From: a virus
Lineage: Duplodnaviria > Heunggongvirae > Uroviricota > Caudoviricetes
Virus record (IMG/VR): IMGVR_UViG_3300036876_000145
Coordinates: 1-19,488 of that record
Strand: one strand, 5' to 3'
Length of the DNA stretch: 19,488 nt
Translations under genes and position numbers: made by a program
Notes under the pieces: model-generated
Told to the model about the DNA's origin: nothing
Database searches by the model: none
The model's input: only the letters and a program-made list of their open reading frames with translations
Shown here: piece after piece, positions 6,741 to 13,986 of the stretch
How the letters are laid out: each line of letters starts with the position of its first letter
Position numbering within the stretch: position 1 is the first letter of the stretch

Positions 6741-7061
6741 ATGACAAACCAAGAAATCCTCCACGCATACGGCACTGGCACAACAGACCAGTGGCGTAAC
6801 GTGATCGTTAAGCAGAGTGCAGACTTCGTTGTAATCCGCACTCCAGGGCATACTGACTGGTCAGGTGTTGGCTCACGCGATTACTACCCAACGCACACCG
6901 TAATCATTCGCAAGGGTGAATGGTGCCTACATGGTGAGCGGGAAGAGTGGTATGGGCGCGTATCCAAAAAGATTTTGACTGAGCGTCTAGCTGCTGTGCA
7001 ACAAGCAGGTACTATCGTTCACACATTACATCAAGACAAAGATTCCACGAGGTTGCTATAA
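6741..7061 (+). CDS. Hypothetical protein (106 aa)
   Basis: ORF fills the gap between flanking genes; no motif recognised. Confidence 0.65.
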   Translation: MTNQEILHAYGTGTTDQWRNVIVKQSADFVVIRTPGHTDWSGVGSRDYYPTHTVIIRKGEWCLHGEREEWYGRVSKKILTERLAAVQQAGTIVHTLHQDKDSTRLL

Positions 7062-7375
7062 TTGCTTACAAACTATTTCGTCTACGCAAGGATGGCACCC
7101 TTGGCCCACTGTTTATTGGACAGCGTATCCGTGTACCTGTGGGCGAGTGGGTCAAAGCCAAGGCAATTCGCACCAGGGGTTTCGTCTACAGGCCGGGGTG
7201 GCATTGTTGCCAGAAGCCTAATGCGCCGCATTTATCCATCAAAGGGCGCGTGTGGTGTAAGGTAACAATTCACAGATTCGATGAGCATCAGAGGCCAAAA
7301 ACACAAGGCGGACTATGGTATACAGCCAAATGGCTGCGTGTGGAATGTATCATCAACAAGGAAACCACCAAATGA
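7058..7375 (+). CDS. Conserved phage hypothetical protein (about 105 aa), apparent ATA start
   Basis: The track ORF 7139-7375 extends upstream to (M)IAYKLFRLRKDGTLGPLFI...RPGWHC...APHLS...QGGLWY, a pattern I recall from phage proteins that begin MIAYKLFR. GAGGT SD at 7049-7053 precedes ATA 7058. Confidence 0.7.
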   Translation: MIAYKLFRLRKDGTLGPLFIGQRIRVPVGEWVKAKAIRTRGFVYRPGWHCCQKPNAPHLSIKGRVWCKVTIHRFDEHQRPKTQGGLWYTAKWLRVECIINKETTK

Positions 7376-7740
7376 AAATTCTTGATTTATTACTCCAACT
7401 AGAAGCGGCTGCTCCTCCGATTGTTCCCCATACCCATCATTGTTTAATGGTCACTAAGTATGGTTCTGATGAAATAGGATGGACAAACAAACTCACATTA
7501 CAAATGAATGTAAATGGAAATTTTCAATCTTTTTTTATAGACGATAAAGATTTGGAAAAACCCGTTGAGGATGTTGTTGCTGAGGTTATCGCTTTATTGA
7601 AAGCGCCGACACCCGATACTCAAATTTCATCTCAGGCTGGACTCGCACTAGAAACAGGTACCTGCTCCACCCCCGGACATTCGGGAGATAATCATATACA
7701 CGAATATTCCTGTAGCGATTTCATCCCTGTCACACAATAA
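7372..7740 (+). CDS. Hypothetical protein (122 aa) with a His/Cys-rich tail
   Basis: ATGA overlap at 7372-7375 supports this start over 7315. Confidence 0.7.
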   Translation: MKILDLLLQLEAAAPPIVPHTHHCLMVTKYGSDEIGWTNKLTLQMNVNGNFQSFFIDDKDLEKPVEDVVAEVIALLKAPTPDTQISSQAGLALETGTCSTPGHSGDNHIHEYSCSDFIPVTQ

Positions 7741-7770
7741 TTAAGAATTAAGACTTTTCTTTTCTATATT

Positions 7771-8406
7771 ATGGGAAAATGGTTTGATGTTCTTCCAATG
7801 ACTCAAGTTGACCATAGACTTTTTGTGGGGGGCACCGCTCCAGCTGCCGAACTCGCAAAGCAAAATCCAGCCAAAATATCCGCTGTTCTTTGTGTTCACC
7901 AAACAATGGATTATGAAAAAAACTCCAATATAATTTACATGCATGTACCGTTTGAAGATGGGGAACCTATTCCACCGCGCCAATTTATCAACGCTTTAGG
8001 CTGGCTCAAGTTTATGTATGAAAATGGGCATGTTATTTTGATCCATTGTGCCGCTGGTATCAGTAGGTCAGTGACTATACTCGCTGCTTTTATGCACTAT
8101 GAGGGAATATCCGATTTCAATACCGCGCTTGATTCAATTCGCATGAATCGACCTAGCATTGGTCCATCTCCAGCAGTTTTGGTGTCCGCAAAGAAGTTGT
8201 TGGGGGTATTTCCATACGATGGCAGTCTGCTTAAGACCCCAGGGCATGAAGTCATTGAACGGGTGCAAAATCAACGAACAGCATACGCACATCCAGACCC
8301 TAATTGCCCCATGCGCGTATTTTTGCTTTCTCAGCAAGAAAACAACACCCCAAGGCACGAAATCGACTGTACTTGCGCACTAAGCGGTGTGACTAGTTTG
8401 AAGTAG
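7771..8406 (+). CDS. Dual-specificity protein phosphatase (PTP superfamily) with a Cys/His-rich C-terminal extension
   Basis: P-loop IHCAAGISRS (CX5R); N-terminal LFVGG; acid loop PFEDG; C-terminal MNRPSIGPS. Confidence 0.88.
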   Translation: MGKWFDVLPMTQVDHRLFVGGTAPAAELAKQNPAKISAVLCVHQTMDYEKNSNIIYMHVPFEDGEPIPPRQFINALGWLKFMYENGHVILIHCAAGISRSVTILAAFMHYEGISDFNTALDSIRMNRPSIGPSPAVLVSAKKLLGVFPYDGSLLKTPGHEVIERVQNQRTAYAHPDPNCPMRVFLLSQQENNTPRHEIDCTCALSGVTSLK

Positions 8407-8493
8407 TAGCAGTTAAAGAAAAATCTATCATTCCCGGTTCCGGTCGGCTGCATCAAATATAGCGGAAATAAATGGAAATAACATTTTAAGCTA

Positions 8494-8516
8494 ACAGTCT
8501 CTTAGATGGGGACTGT
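8494..8516 (+). promoter_or_regulatory. Hairpin covering the SD of the 8517 gene
   Basis: ACAGTCTCT-TAGAT-GGGGACTGT: 9 pairs including two G-U. The 3' arm contains the GGGGA SD and ends at the ATG. Confidence 0.45.
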
Positions 8517-8864
8517 ATGGCTCAGACTTTGTATGTACTAACCACACTTATAGAAGAAACTACCCCATCAGAATGGAGACCGGTGGGTATTGTTTCGAGT
8601 GAAGAAACCGCAAATCAATGGGCAGCACACGGTGGGAATAATGATTGGATTTCTTTTATTGTTGATGATTTGAGTTTGACTGGACTTAGCGGAGAAAAAA
8701 GTCAATTTGAATCCAAGCCCCCCACGCCCGACGAAGAGAAAATCAGAGATATAGCGAATAAATTGATGGACACTAACGCACGTTTATTGAAAATAAATGA
8801 AGCATTAGAAGCAAAATTGAAGGGAAGAAAAAAGACCTCTTCCCTTTGGAAGAAAAAGGAGTAG
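8517..8864 (+). CDS. Hypothetical protein with a C-terminal coiled coil (115 aa)
   Basis: GGGGA SD; heptad-like C-terminal helix and basic tail. Confidence 0.7.
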   Translation: MAQTLYVLTTLIEETTPSEWRPVGIVSSEETANQWAAHGGNNDWISFIVDDLSLTGLSGEKSQFESKPPTPDEEKIRDIANKLMDTNARLLKINEALEAKLKGRKKTSSLWKKKE

Positions 8865-8873
8865 TATATAAGT

Positions 8874-9206
8874 ATGGCTGTTACACTTACACCAAAAGCT
8901 GTTACGAAAGTGAAAGAGATTATTGCTGGTTTGGATGACCCTAAACCTGTAGCTTTGCGCCTTAGTGTGATCGGGGGTGGCTGCTCTGGATTTCAATATT
9001 CCATGCAGTTCGAAAACGAAAAAGGCATGATGGATAAAGAATACGATTTTGATGGATTGAAACTTCTTGTGGATGGAACATCCGCAATGTACTTGGATGG
9101 TTGTGAAGTGGATTATTTGGAGACACTGGAGAGCAGTGGGTTCAAATTCAACAATCCCAGTGTGAGTCGAACCTGTGGTTGTGGTAGTTCTTTCGATGTA
9201 AAATAG
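8874..9206 (+). CDS. iscA: A-type Fe-S carrier (IscA/HesB/ErpA family)
   Basis: LRLSVIGGGCSGFQY; YLDGCEVDY; GFKFNNP; TCGCGSSF, with all three conserved Cys. Confidence 0.95.
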   Translation: MAVTLTPKAVTKVKEIIAGLDDPKPVALRLSVIGGGCSGFQYSMQFENEKGMMDKEYDFDGLKLLVDGTSAMYLDGCEVDYLETLESSGFKFNNPSVSRTCGCGSSFDVK

Positions 9207-9220
9207 TCGAAGGGGTAAAA

Positions 9221-9601
9221 ATGTACAGTGAAAAAGTAATTGATCATTATCTGCATCCCAGGAATGTCGGCTCCATGGACAAAGCTAGCTCCGATGTGGG
9301 CACTGGTTTGGTCGGCGCACCCGAATGTGGCGACGTGATGAAGTTACAAATTAAAGTGAACAAAGAAACCAATGTCATCGAAGATGCAAAATTTAAGACC
9401 TTTGGCTGTGGTAGCGCTATCGCTTCATCATCTCTGGCTACAGAGTGGGTGAAAGGTCGTACGATTGATGAAGCCCTCAGTATTCAGAATATGGAGATTG
9501 TAAAAGAGCTGGCTTTACCTCCAGTAAAAATCCATTGCTCAGTGCTTGCGGAAGATGCAATTCGAGCAGCGGTTGCTGATTGGAAAAAGAAACAAGTATG
9601 A
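9221..9601 (+). CDS. iscU: Fe-S cluster scaffold IscU
   Basis: HPRNVG; GAPECGDVMKLQI; KTFGCGSAIASSS; LPPVKIHCSVLAEDAI (LPPVK HscA-binding motif, three Cys and His). Confidence 0.97.
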   Translation: MYSEKVIDHYLHPRNVGSMDKASSDVGTGLVGAPECGDVMKLQIKVNKETNVIEDAKFKTFGCGSAIASSSLATEWVKGRTIDEALSIQNMEIVKELALPPVKIHCSVLAEDAIRAAVADWKKKQV

Positions 9602-9784
9602 AAAAATTTTTTAGGTATACCGACACCCAACGATCACTAGGTATTCAACGTCTGGTCAAGTACAGGAGAATTTTTGGTTTGGCGTCCTTACTGCTCTTCG
9701 TGGTAGCCGTGGTGTGCGTTGTCTTTCGCTTACGAACCGGCGATGGCCCTATTCACCTGCACGGTATGAAAAAATTTTTTAGGT
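9596..9784 (+). repeat. Perfect 21-bp direct repeat GTATGAAAAAATTTTTTAGGT with an internal A6T6 palindrome
   Basis: Copies at 9596-9616 and 9764-9784, 168 nt apart and in frame; both encode MKKFFR. Confidence 0.9.
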
Positions 9785-9810
9785 GGGAACCCTGTTGGTT
9801 TTCGTCATGA
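9598..9810 (+). CDS. Small single-pass membrane protein (70 aa)
   Basis: ATGA overlap with the iscU stop; hydrophobic segment IFGLASLLLFVVAVVCVVF. Confidence 0.55.
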   Translation: MKKFFRYTDTQRSLGIQRLVKYRRIFGLASLLLFVVAVVCVVFRLRTGDGPIHLHGMKKFFRWEPCWFSS

Positions 9811-9819
9811 AGGTGAAAG

Positions 9820-10080
9820 ATGCCCAAAAAACGTAAACGTAAAGCCAGTCCCGCACCGAAACGCAGCGTTATTTCTCGTAAAAAACAACGCCTCCGCAGT
9901 CTTGAAGAACGTATTGGACAATTAGAGGTTCATATTCATAAAGAATGCCCTATTCCGTTTCTTTCTAATTTTGTTATTCAACGACTCTCAGATAAACTAA
10001 TAAATTCTGCTATTGCGAAGCGTTTAGCATGGCTTCGAGCGAACAATGAAAAAGAACGCATGGGGCGCAGGAGATATTAG
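9820..10080 (+). CDS. Highly basic small protein with a coiled coil (86 aa)
   Basis: AAGGTG SD; K/R-rich N-terminus MPKKRKRK; LRSLEERIGQLE heptad. Confidence 0.65.
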   Translation: MPKKRKRKASPAPKRSVISRKKQRLRSLEERIGQLEVHIHKECPIPFLSNFVIQRLSDKLINSAIAKRLAWLRANNEKERMGRRRY

Positions 10081-10119
10081 ACTCACCGATCTCTATTGAT
10101 TTATTTGGGAATTATACGC

Positions 10120-10148
10120 TTGACAATGGGAGGCGGCTGTGAGACAAT
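10120..10148 (+). promoter_or_regulatory. Sigma70-type promoter TTGACA-17-GACAAT with extended -10 TG
   Basis: TTGACA at 10120-10125; TG at 10140-10141; GACAAT at 10143-10148; heads the membrane protein/MTase operon. Confidence 0.7.
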
Positions 10149-10205
10149 AGGTAATTTGAAGCACGGGGTGGCTGCGTAACCTATTCGACACACCGGAGGC
10201 TCACA

Positions 10206-10391
10206 ATGAGACTTTTGTATTCCGCTTTTGCACTTGCGCTCGGACTCATTCTTTCTTACTTCCTCATAGTCGAATCGGACATTGACTCTACGCCACTGTT
10301 CATGATATTGTTGTTGATTGCTGTCATATGCGGTGCGTGTGGCCTCGCCTTCTTTTTCGATACTCTCGCGGATTGTTTAATTGTCAACTAG
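10206..10391 (+). CDS. Small two-TM membrane protein (61 aa)
   Basis: GGAGG SD; two hydrophobic helices separated by ESDIDSTP. Confidence 0.7.
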   Translation: MRLLYSAFALALGLILSYFLIVESDIDSTPLFMILLLIAVICGACGLAFFFDTLADCLIVN

Positions 10392-10427
10392 TATATTGCC
10401 ATAGTTATTTTAAAAACGGAGGACAAA

Positions 10428-11315
10428 ATGAGTAAAGAGAAACAGATGCACAGCCTTATTAATATGGACTGTCGAGAGGGTCTCAAATCTTTGCCCGACG
10501 AAAGTGCTCATGTTGTTCTTACAGACCCCCCGTATGGGCTAGATGGTATGGGAGAAAACTGGTCTTCAGAAAAACTATTTGCGAGGGAAAAAACCGCCAG
10601 TGCTAAAACCGCTTCGACTGGCGGGTTGCCCCCCGTGCAGAAGTTTGATCGAAAACAAATGGATGACCTGTATTCTTTTTTGCTGCCTGTTTGGAAAGAA
10701 GCATATCGCATCCTATACCCCGGCGGGTTCTTACTTTCTTTTGGTAGTCCGCGGTTAATTGGTGCAATTTCATGGGCGGCACATGTGGCTGGTTTTGAGT
10801 TGCGAGACGAAGCCATCTGGGAGCACGAGGGCGGACAACCGAAAGCCCAACGCCATACTCGCTGGGTGCAGCAAATGAAGATTTCTAGTGCAGAGAAAAG
10901 AAGGATAGTAGCTCTACTAGACGACCGAACTACTGTGCAGCTGCGTCCGAAATACGAACCATTTATTGTGGCGCAAAAACCGGCTAACGGTACGCAGGTA
11001 CAAAATTTTGTTAAATATGGCGTCGGGCTGATTAAGTCTTATGATCTCGACGGTAAGTATCGAACACCGATTTTTCAACATCCCAAACCGCGAACGCGGG
11101 GAGAATTTGACCACATGACTATCAAACCACTGGAACTGATCGAGGATATTCTTGGTGTGTTTGCAGGACCACACTCAGTTGTTGTGGACCCCTTCACCGG
11201 AAGTGGCACAACGGGAGTAGCCGCACTGCACTTAGGTCATAGTTTTATAGGTTTTGAAAAAGACTCGCAACACTGCGCTACAGCGTTGCAACGGTTGAAA
11301 GAAGCATATGAATAG
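10428..11315 (+). CDS. Beta-class N4/N6 DNA methyltransferase
   Basis: Motif IV TDPPY near the N-terminus; HMTIKPLEL; motif I VVDPFTGSGTTG near the C-terminus. GGAGG SD. Confidence 0.93.
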   Translation: MSKEKQMHSLINMDCREGLKSLPDESAHVVLTDPPYGLDGMGENWSSEKLFAREKTASAKTASTGGLPPVQKFDRKQMDDLYSFLLPVWKEAYRILYPGGFLLSFGSPRLIGAISWAAHVAGFELRDEAIWEHEGGQPKAQRHTRWVQQMKISSAEKRRIVALLDDRTTVQLRPKYEPFIVAQKPANGTQVQNFVKYGVGLIKSYDLDGKYRTPIFQHPKPRTRGEFDHMTIKPLELIEDILGVFAGPHSVVVDPFTGSGTTGVAALHLGHSFIGFEKDSQHCATALQRLKEAYE

Positions 11316-12021
11316 TCTTTCACACGATGAGGTTGTAAAACGTTGCACCGACTCTCGGTTGCGAGGAGCATCTCATGATGCCCAGACTATGGGAGTAGCC
11401 GCGTTTGTGAAATTACCCGACCCTCTGCTTAAAAAGAACGACAGAATAGAAAATTGGCGACTCATACAGATTCAAGTAGCTGTCGCAATTGCGTGTAAAA
11501 ATCAACCCGTGAGCATAGCGGATTACACACACATCGCCAAAACATACAAACCCCAATCGCGCCAGCAGCAACCTTGGCATATGGCTGAAAGAGGGCTTCC
11601 TGTATACAAGGGCGGCGATACCCTCCCAAACGCCTTAGGCGTTGTGCCCGATGATTGCTATGTTTTTTATGTAGATAATAACGGGGTTATGGGAGCACCC
11701 AATTCTTACGACAGACGAAAGACCAGAAGCCGCCGCCCGGACCCAAATTTCACCTTAGATGGTGGTTGCCAAACTTGCGAAAATCCAAAAGCCACAGATC
11801 AAGGGCATCGAGATTACCGCAAGTCTCTGACCAATGAAAATAGTATTCGTCAGTGCCGTTCATGCAACCGCCCCGATAAAAATAATGTGATTTGGGGAGA
11901 AGGCAGCCGTCCGAGAGCCATTGGTTATTCCGCCAAAGGATTACAGCGGGTCGTTAAAAACTCTGACATTTCTGTCGAAAAGCGTGATAGAATACTTGAG
12001 ATTCTCAAGGATATCGCATGA
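11308..12021 (+). CDS. Putative HNH (beta-beta-alpha-Me) endonuclease, possibly a restriction enzyme (237 aa)
   Basis: C154-x2-C157, D-Q-G-H167, N178, C183-x2-C186-N187, K191. Overlaps both flanking MTase genes. Confidence 0.65.
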   Translation: MNSLSHDEVVKRCTDSRLRGASHDAQTMGVAAFVKLPDPLLKKNDRIENWRLIQIQVAVAIACKNQPVSIADYTHIAKTYKPQSRQQQPWHMAERGLPVYKGGDTLPNALGVVPDDCYVFYVDNNGVMGAPNSYDRRKTRSRRPDPNFTLDGGCQTCENPKATDQGHRDYRKSLTNENSIRQCRSCNRPDKNNVIWGEGSRPRAIGYSAKGLQRVVKNSDISVEKRDRILEILKDIA

Positions 12022-12956
12022 TTTACGGCAGCGTGTGCAGCGGTATTGAGGCTGCAACCGTGGCGTGGGAGCCGCTCGGCTGGAAGCCTGCGTGGTTTTC
12101 CGAAATCGAACCCTTTCCGAATTCAGTATTAGAACAGCACTACCCAAAAATTCCAAACTTGGGAGACATGACAAAAATACATGAAACCAAAACTTTCCAA
12201 GAAAATAAAATCGACCTGCTCGTCGGGGGCACCCCGTGCCAATCCTTCTCTCAAGCAGGCCTACGACGAGCCTTTGATGATCCTCGGGGAGACCTTGCCC
12301 TCAAATTTATCCGAATTATCAGCCTTGCTAAACCTGAATGGTTCTTGTGGGAAAATGTCACCGGAGTTCTATCCAGTGACGGCGGTAAGTCATTCCAAGA
12401 GTTTATCTATCAAATTCAAAAACTCGGGTATGGGTTCGCCTACCGGGTGTTTGACGCTCAATACTTTGGAGTACCCCAGAAACGCCGTCGAGTCTACCTT
12501 GTCGGACATCGCGGAGACTGGCGCACTGCCGCTCAAATATTATTTGAGTCGAAGAGCTTGCAAGGGGATATTGCGTCGAATGAAAACACGCAACAAAATC
12601 GTCCCGCAACTAGAGGCCGCGCTCAAGAAGGCAATCGGGTAATGGGGGCGGATGTCTACAACTATGCAATTACGGGAGACATTGCAGCGACTTTTGGGGC
12701 AAACTCAGGCGGCACGAATACCCATGGACCGAAATTCATCGACGAAAATGGTATCCGCAAACTTACACCCGTAGAGTGTGAACGCCTGATGGGGTTTCCC
12801 GACAACTACACCCGTGTCCCGCATAAAGGTAAAGTCAGTTCGGAGTGTCTTGACTCCTGGCGATATCATGCTTTGGGAAATAGCATGGTCATTCCAGCAA
12901 TGCGCTGGATTGGCGAGCGGATAAAACTTGTGGGTGAAAGTATGCAGGCACTTTAA
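12018..12956 (+). CDS. C5 cytosine DNA methyltransferase (alpha chain)
   Basis: Motif I SVCSGIEA; IV GGTPCQSFS; VI WENV; VIII QKRRRVY; IX RKLTPVECERLMGFP; X LGNSM. Confidence 0.95.
   Translation: MIYGSVCSGIEAATVAWEPLGWKPAWFSEIEPFPNSVLEQHYPKIPNLGDMTKIHETKTFQENKIDLLVGGTPCQSFSQAGLRRAFDDPRGDLALKFIRIISLAKPEWFLWENVTGVLSSDGGKSFQEFIYQIQKLGYGFAYRVFDAQYFGVPQKRRRVYLVGHRGDWRTAAQILFESKSLQGDIASNENTQQNRPATRGRAQEGNRVMGADVYNYAITGDIAATFGANSGGTNTHGPKFIDENGIRKLTPVECERLMGFPDNYTRVPHKGKVSSECLDSWRYHALGNSMVIPAMRWIGERIKLVGESMQAL
12181..12642 (+). CDS. Overlapping +1-frame protein resembling the beta subunit of two-chain C5 MTases
   Basis: 153 codons open entirely inside the MTase gene. The C-terminal half CLTLNTLEYPRNAVESTLSDIAETGALPLKYYLSRRACKGILRR resembles the SLSDILE...YYLS...CxGILRR peptide I recall from alternative-frame MTase subunits. 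Start uncertain (12181 or 12355). Confidence 0.65.
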   Translation: MKPKLSKKIKSTCSSGAPRANPSLKQAYDEPLMILGETLPSNLSELSALLNLNGSCGKMSPEFYPVTAVSHSKSLSIKFKNSGMGSPTGCLTLNTLEYPRNAVESTLSDIAETGALPLKYYLSRRACKGILRRMKTRNKIVPQLEAALKKAIG

Positions 12957-12977
12957 GGCCTAAAAATTTTTAAGTCA

Positions 12978-13017
12978 CTACTTCCGTCGTTAAGGGGTTC
13001 AGAACCCCCGTAAGTAG
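12978..13017. other. Nested inverted repeat after the MTase operon (GGGGTTC-A-GAACCCC inside CTACTT...AAGTAG)
   Basis: GGGGTTC at 12994-13000 and GAACCCC at 13002-13008; outer arms at 12978-12983 and 13012-13017. No U-tract. Confidence 0.6.
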
Positions 13018-13056
13018 AGCGCTACGAATGATTTACAAAGGAGGGTAGGGTCTGTA

Positions 13057-13086
13057 TTGACAAAAATTAAAAACTATGAGTATCAT
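13057..13086 (+). promoter_or_regulatory. Sigma70-type promoter TTGACA-18-TATCAT
   Basis: TTGACA at 13057-13062, AT-rich spacer, TATCAT at 13081-13086; upstream of 13159. Confidence 0.65.
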
Positions 13087-13158
13087 ATAACAGTAGTACA
13101 AATCTAGCAGAATTTCAAAAATGGGTCTTTATTCTGCGGGCCGTTTAAAAGGAGCAGT

Positions 13159-13986
13159 ATGTATAATAATCAATTCGCTGCCTGTGTCAAAGTAGGCGGT
13201 AAAGTTCTTCGTGAAACCTCTGGTACAGTAAGTATCCCCTTCGGCGCTGAGTATAGCGTCCAACTCAAAAACCTTAAATCTGTTCGTATGCTGGTTAAAG
13301 TGTCTGTAGACGGTACTGATGCCACTGACGGTACTTGGTTGATCGTTAACCCCAATAGCAGCATAGAACTGGAGCGCTACATTCGCAACGGCAACTGGGA
13401 TAAAGGAAATCGCTTCAAATTTATTGAGCGCACCGCAGAGATTGAACAATTTCGAGGCATTAAAGCCGATGATGGTTTGATCCGCATTGAGTACAAAGCC
13501 GAAATTGTTCCAGAACAAAGCGGGTTTGATAGGTTTTATGATGACTGGAATATTCCAGATATTCCAGATATTCCTAAATGTCCAAATCTTCCTAAAAGGC
13601 CATGGCGTAACATTCCTAAAAAACCATACCCATACTGGAAGGATCTTTATAAATCCAGTGGGACGATAATGCGTAGGGCTAAAATCACCGGACAAAGCAT
13701 GAGTTTTGATTCACAAGATGTTCCAATAAGTGGACAAACCTTGAATGACACAGGAATCACTGTGCCTGGTAGCGAAAGCTCTCAAAAATTTGTTGCGGGT
13801 GAATATTTTCCAACCGAATCCCAAAGCAATGTGATCGTTATCAAGCTAAGAGGGGATGTTAAAGGAAAAAAAGTAGTTAAACCCATTACCGTAGAGCATA
13901 AACCTCAGTGTTCTACTTGCGGTAAAACTGGAAAACCTCAAGATAAGTTCTGTGCAAATTGCGGAACATCCTTGGTATTGATATAA
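13159..13986 (+). CDS. Phage hypothetical protein: beta-rich N-terminal domain, Pro-rich linker, C-terminal double zinc ribbon (275 aa)
   Basis: AAGGAG SD; CSTCG...FCANCG at the C-terminus; IPDIPDIPKCPNLPKRP linker. Confidence 0.85.
   Translation: MYNNQFAACVKVGGKVLRETSGTVSIPFGAEYSVQLKNLKSVRMLVKVSVDGTDATDGTWLIVNPNSSIELERYIRNGNWDKGNRFKFIERTAEIEQFRGIKADDGLIRIEYKAEIVPEQSGFDRFYDDWNIPDIPDIPKCPNLPKRPWRNIPKKPYPYWKDLYKSSGTIMRRAKITGQSMSFDSQDVPISGQTLNDTGITVPGSESSQKFVAGEYFPTESQSNVIVIKLRGDVKGKKVVKPITVEHKPQCSTCGKTGKPQDKFCANCGTSLVLI
13550..13574 (+). repeat. 9-bp coding tandem repeat ATATTCCAG (about 2.8 copies) encoding IPD
   Basis: Copies at 13550-13558 and 13559-13567, partial at 13568-13574. Confidence 0.8.

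Noticed and set aside
10508-12609. Alternative ORFs 10508-10816, 10543-10758, 10917-11174, 11941-12174 and 12403-12609
   Set aside because: Unlike 12181-12642, none shows a recognisable conserved peptide; treated as shadows.
13129-13695. 188-aa minus-strand ORF
   Set aside because: Antisense shadow of the well-supported 13159-13986 gene; no motif or SD recognised.
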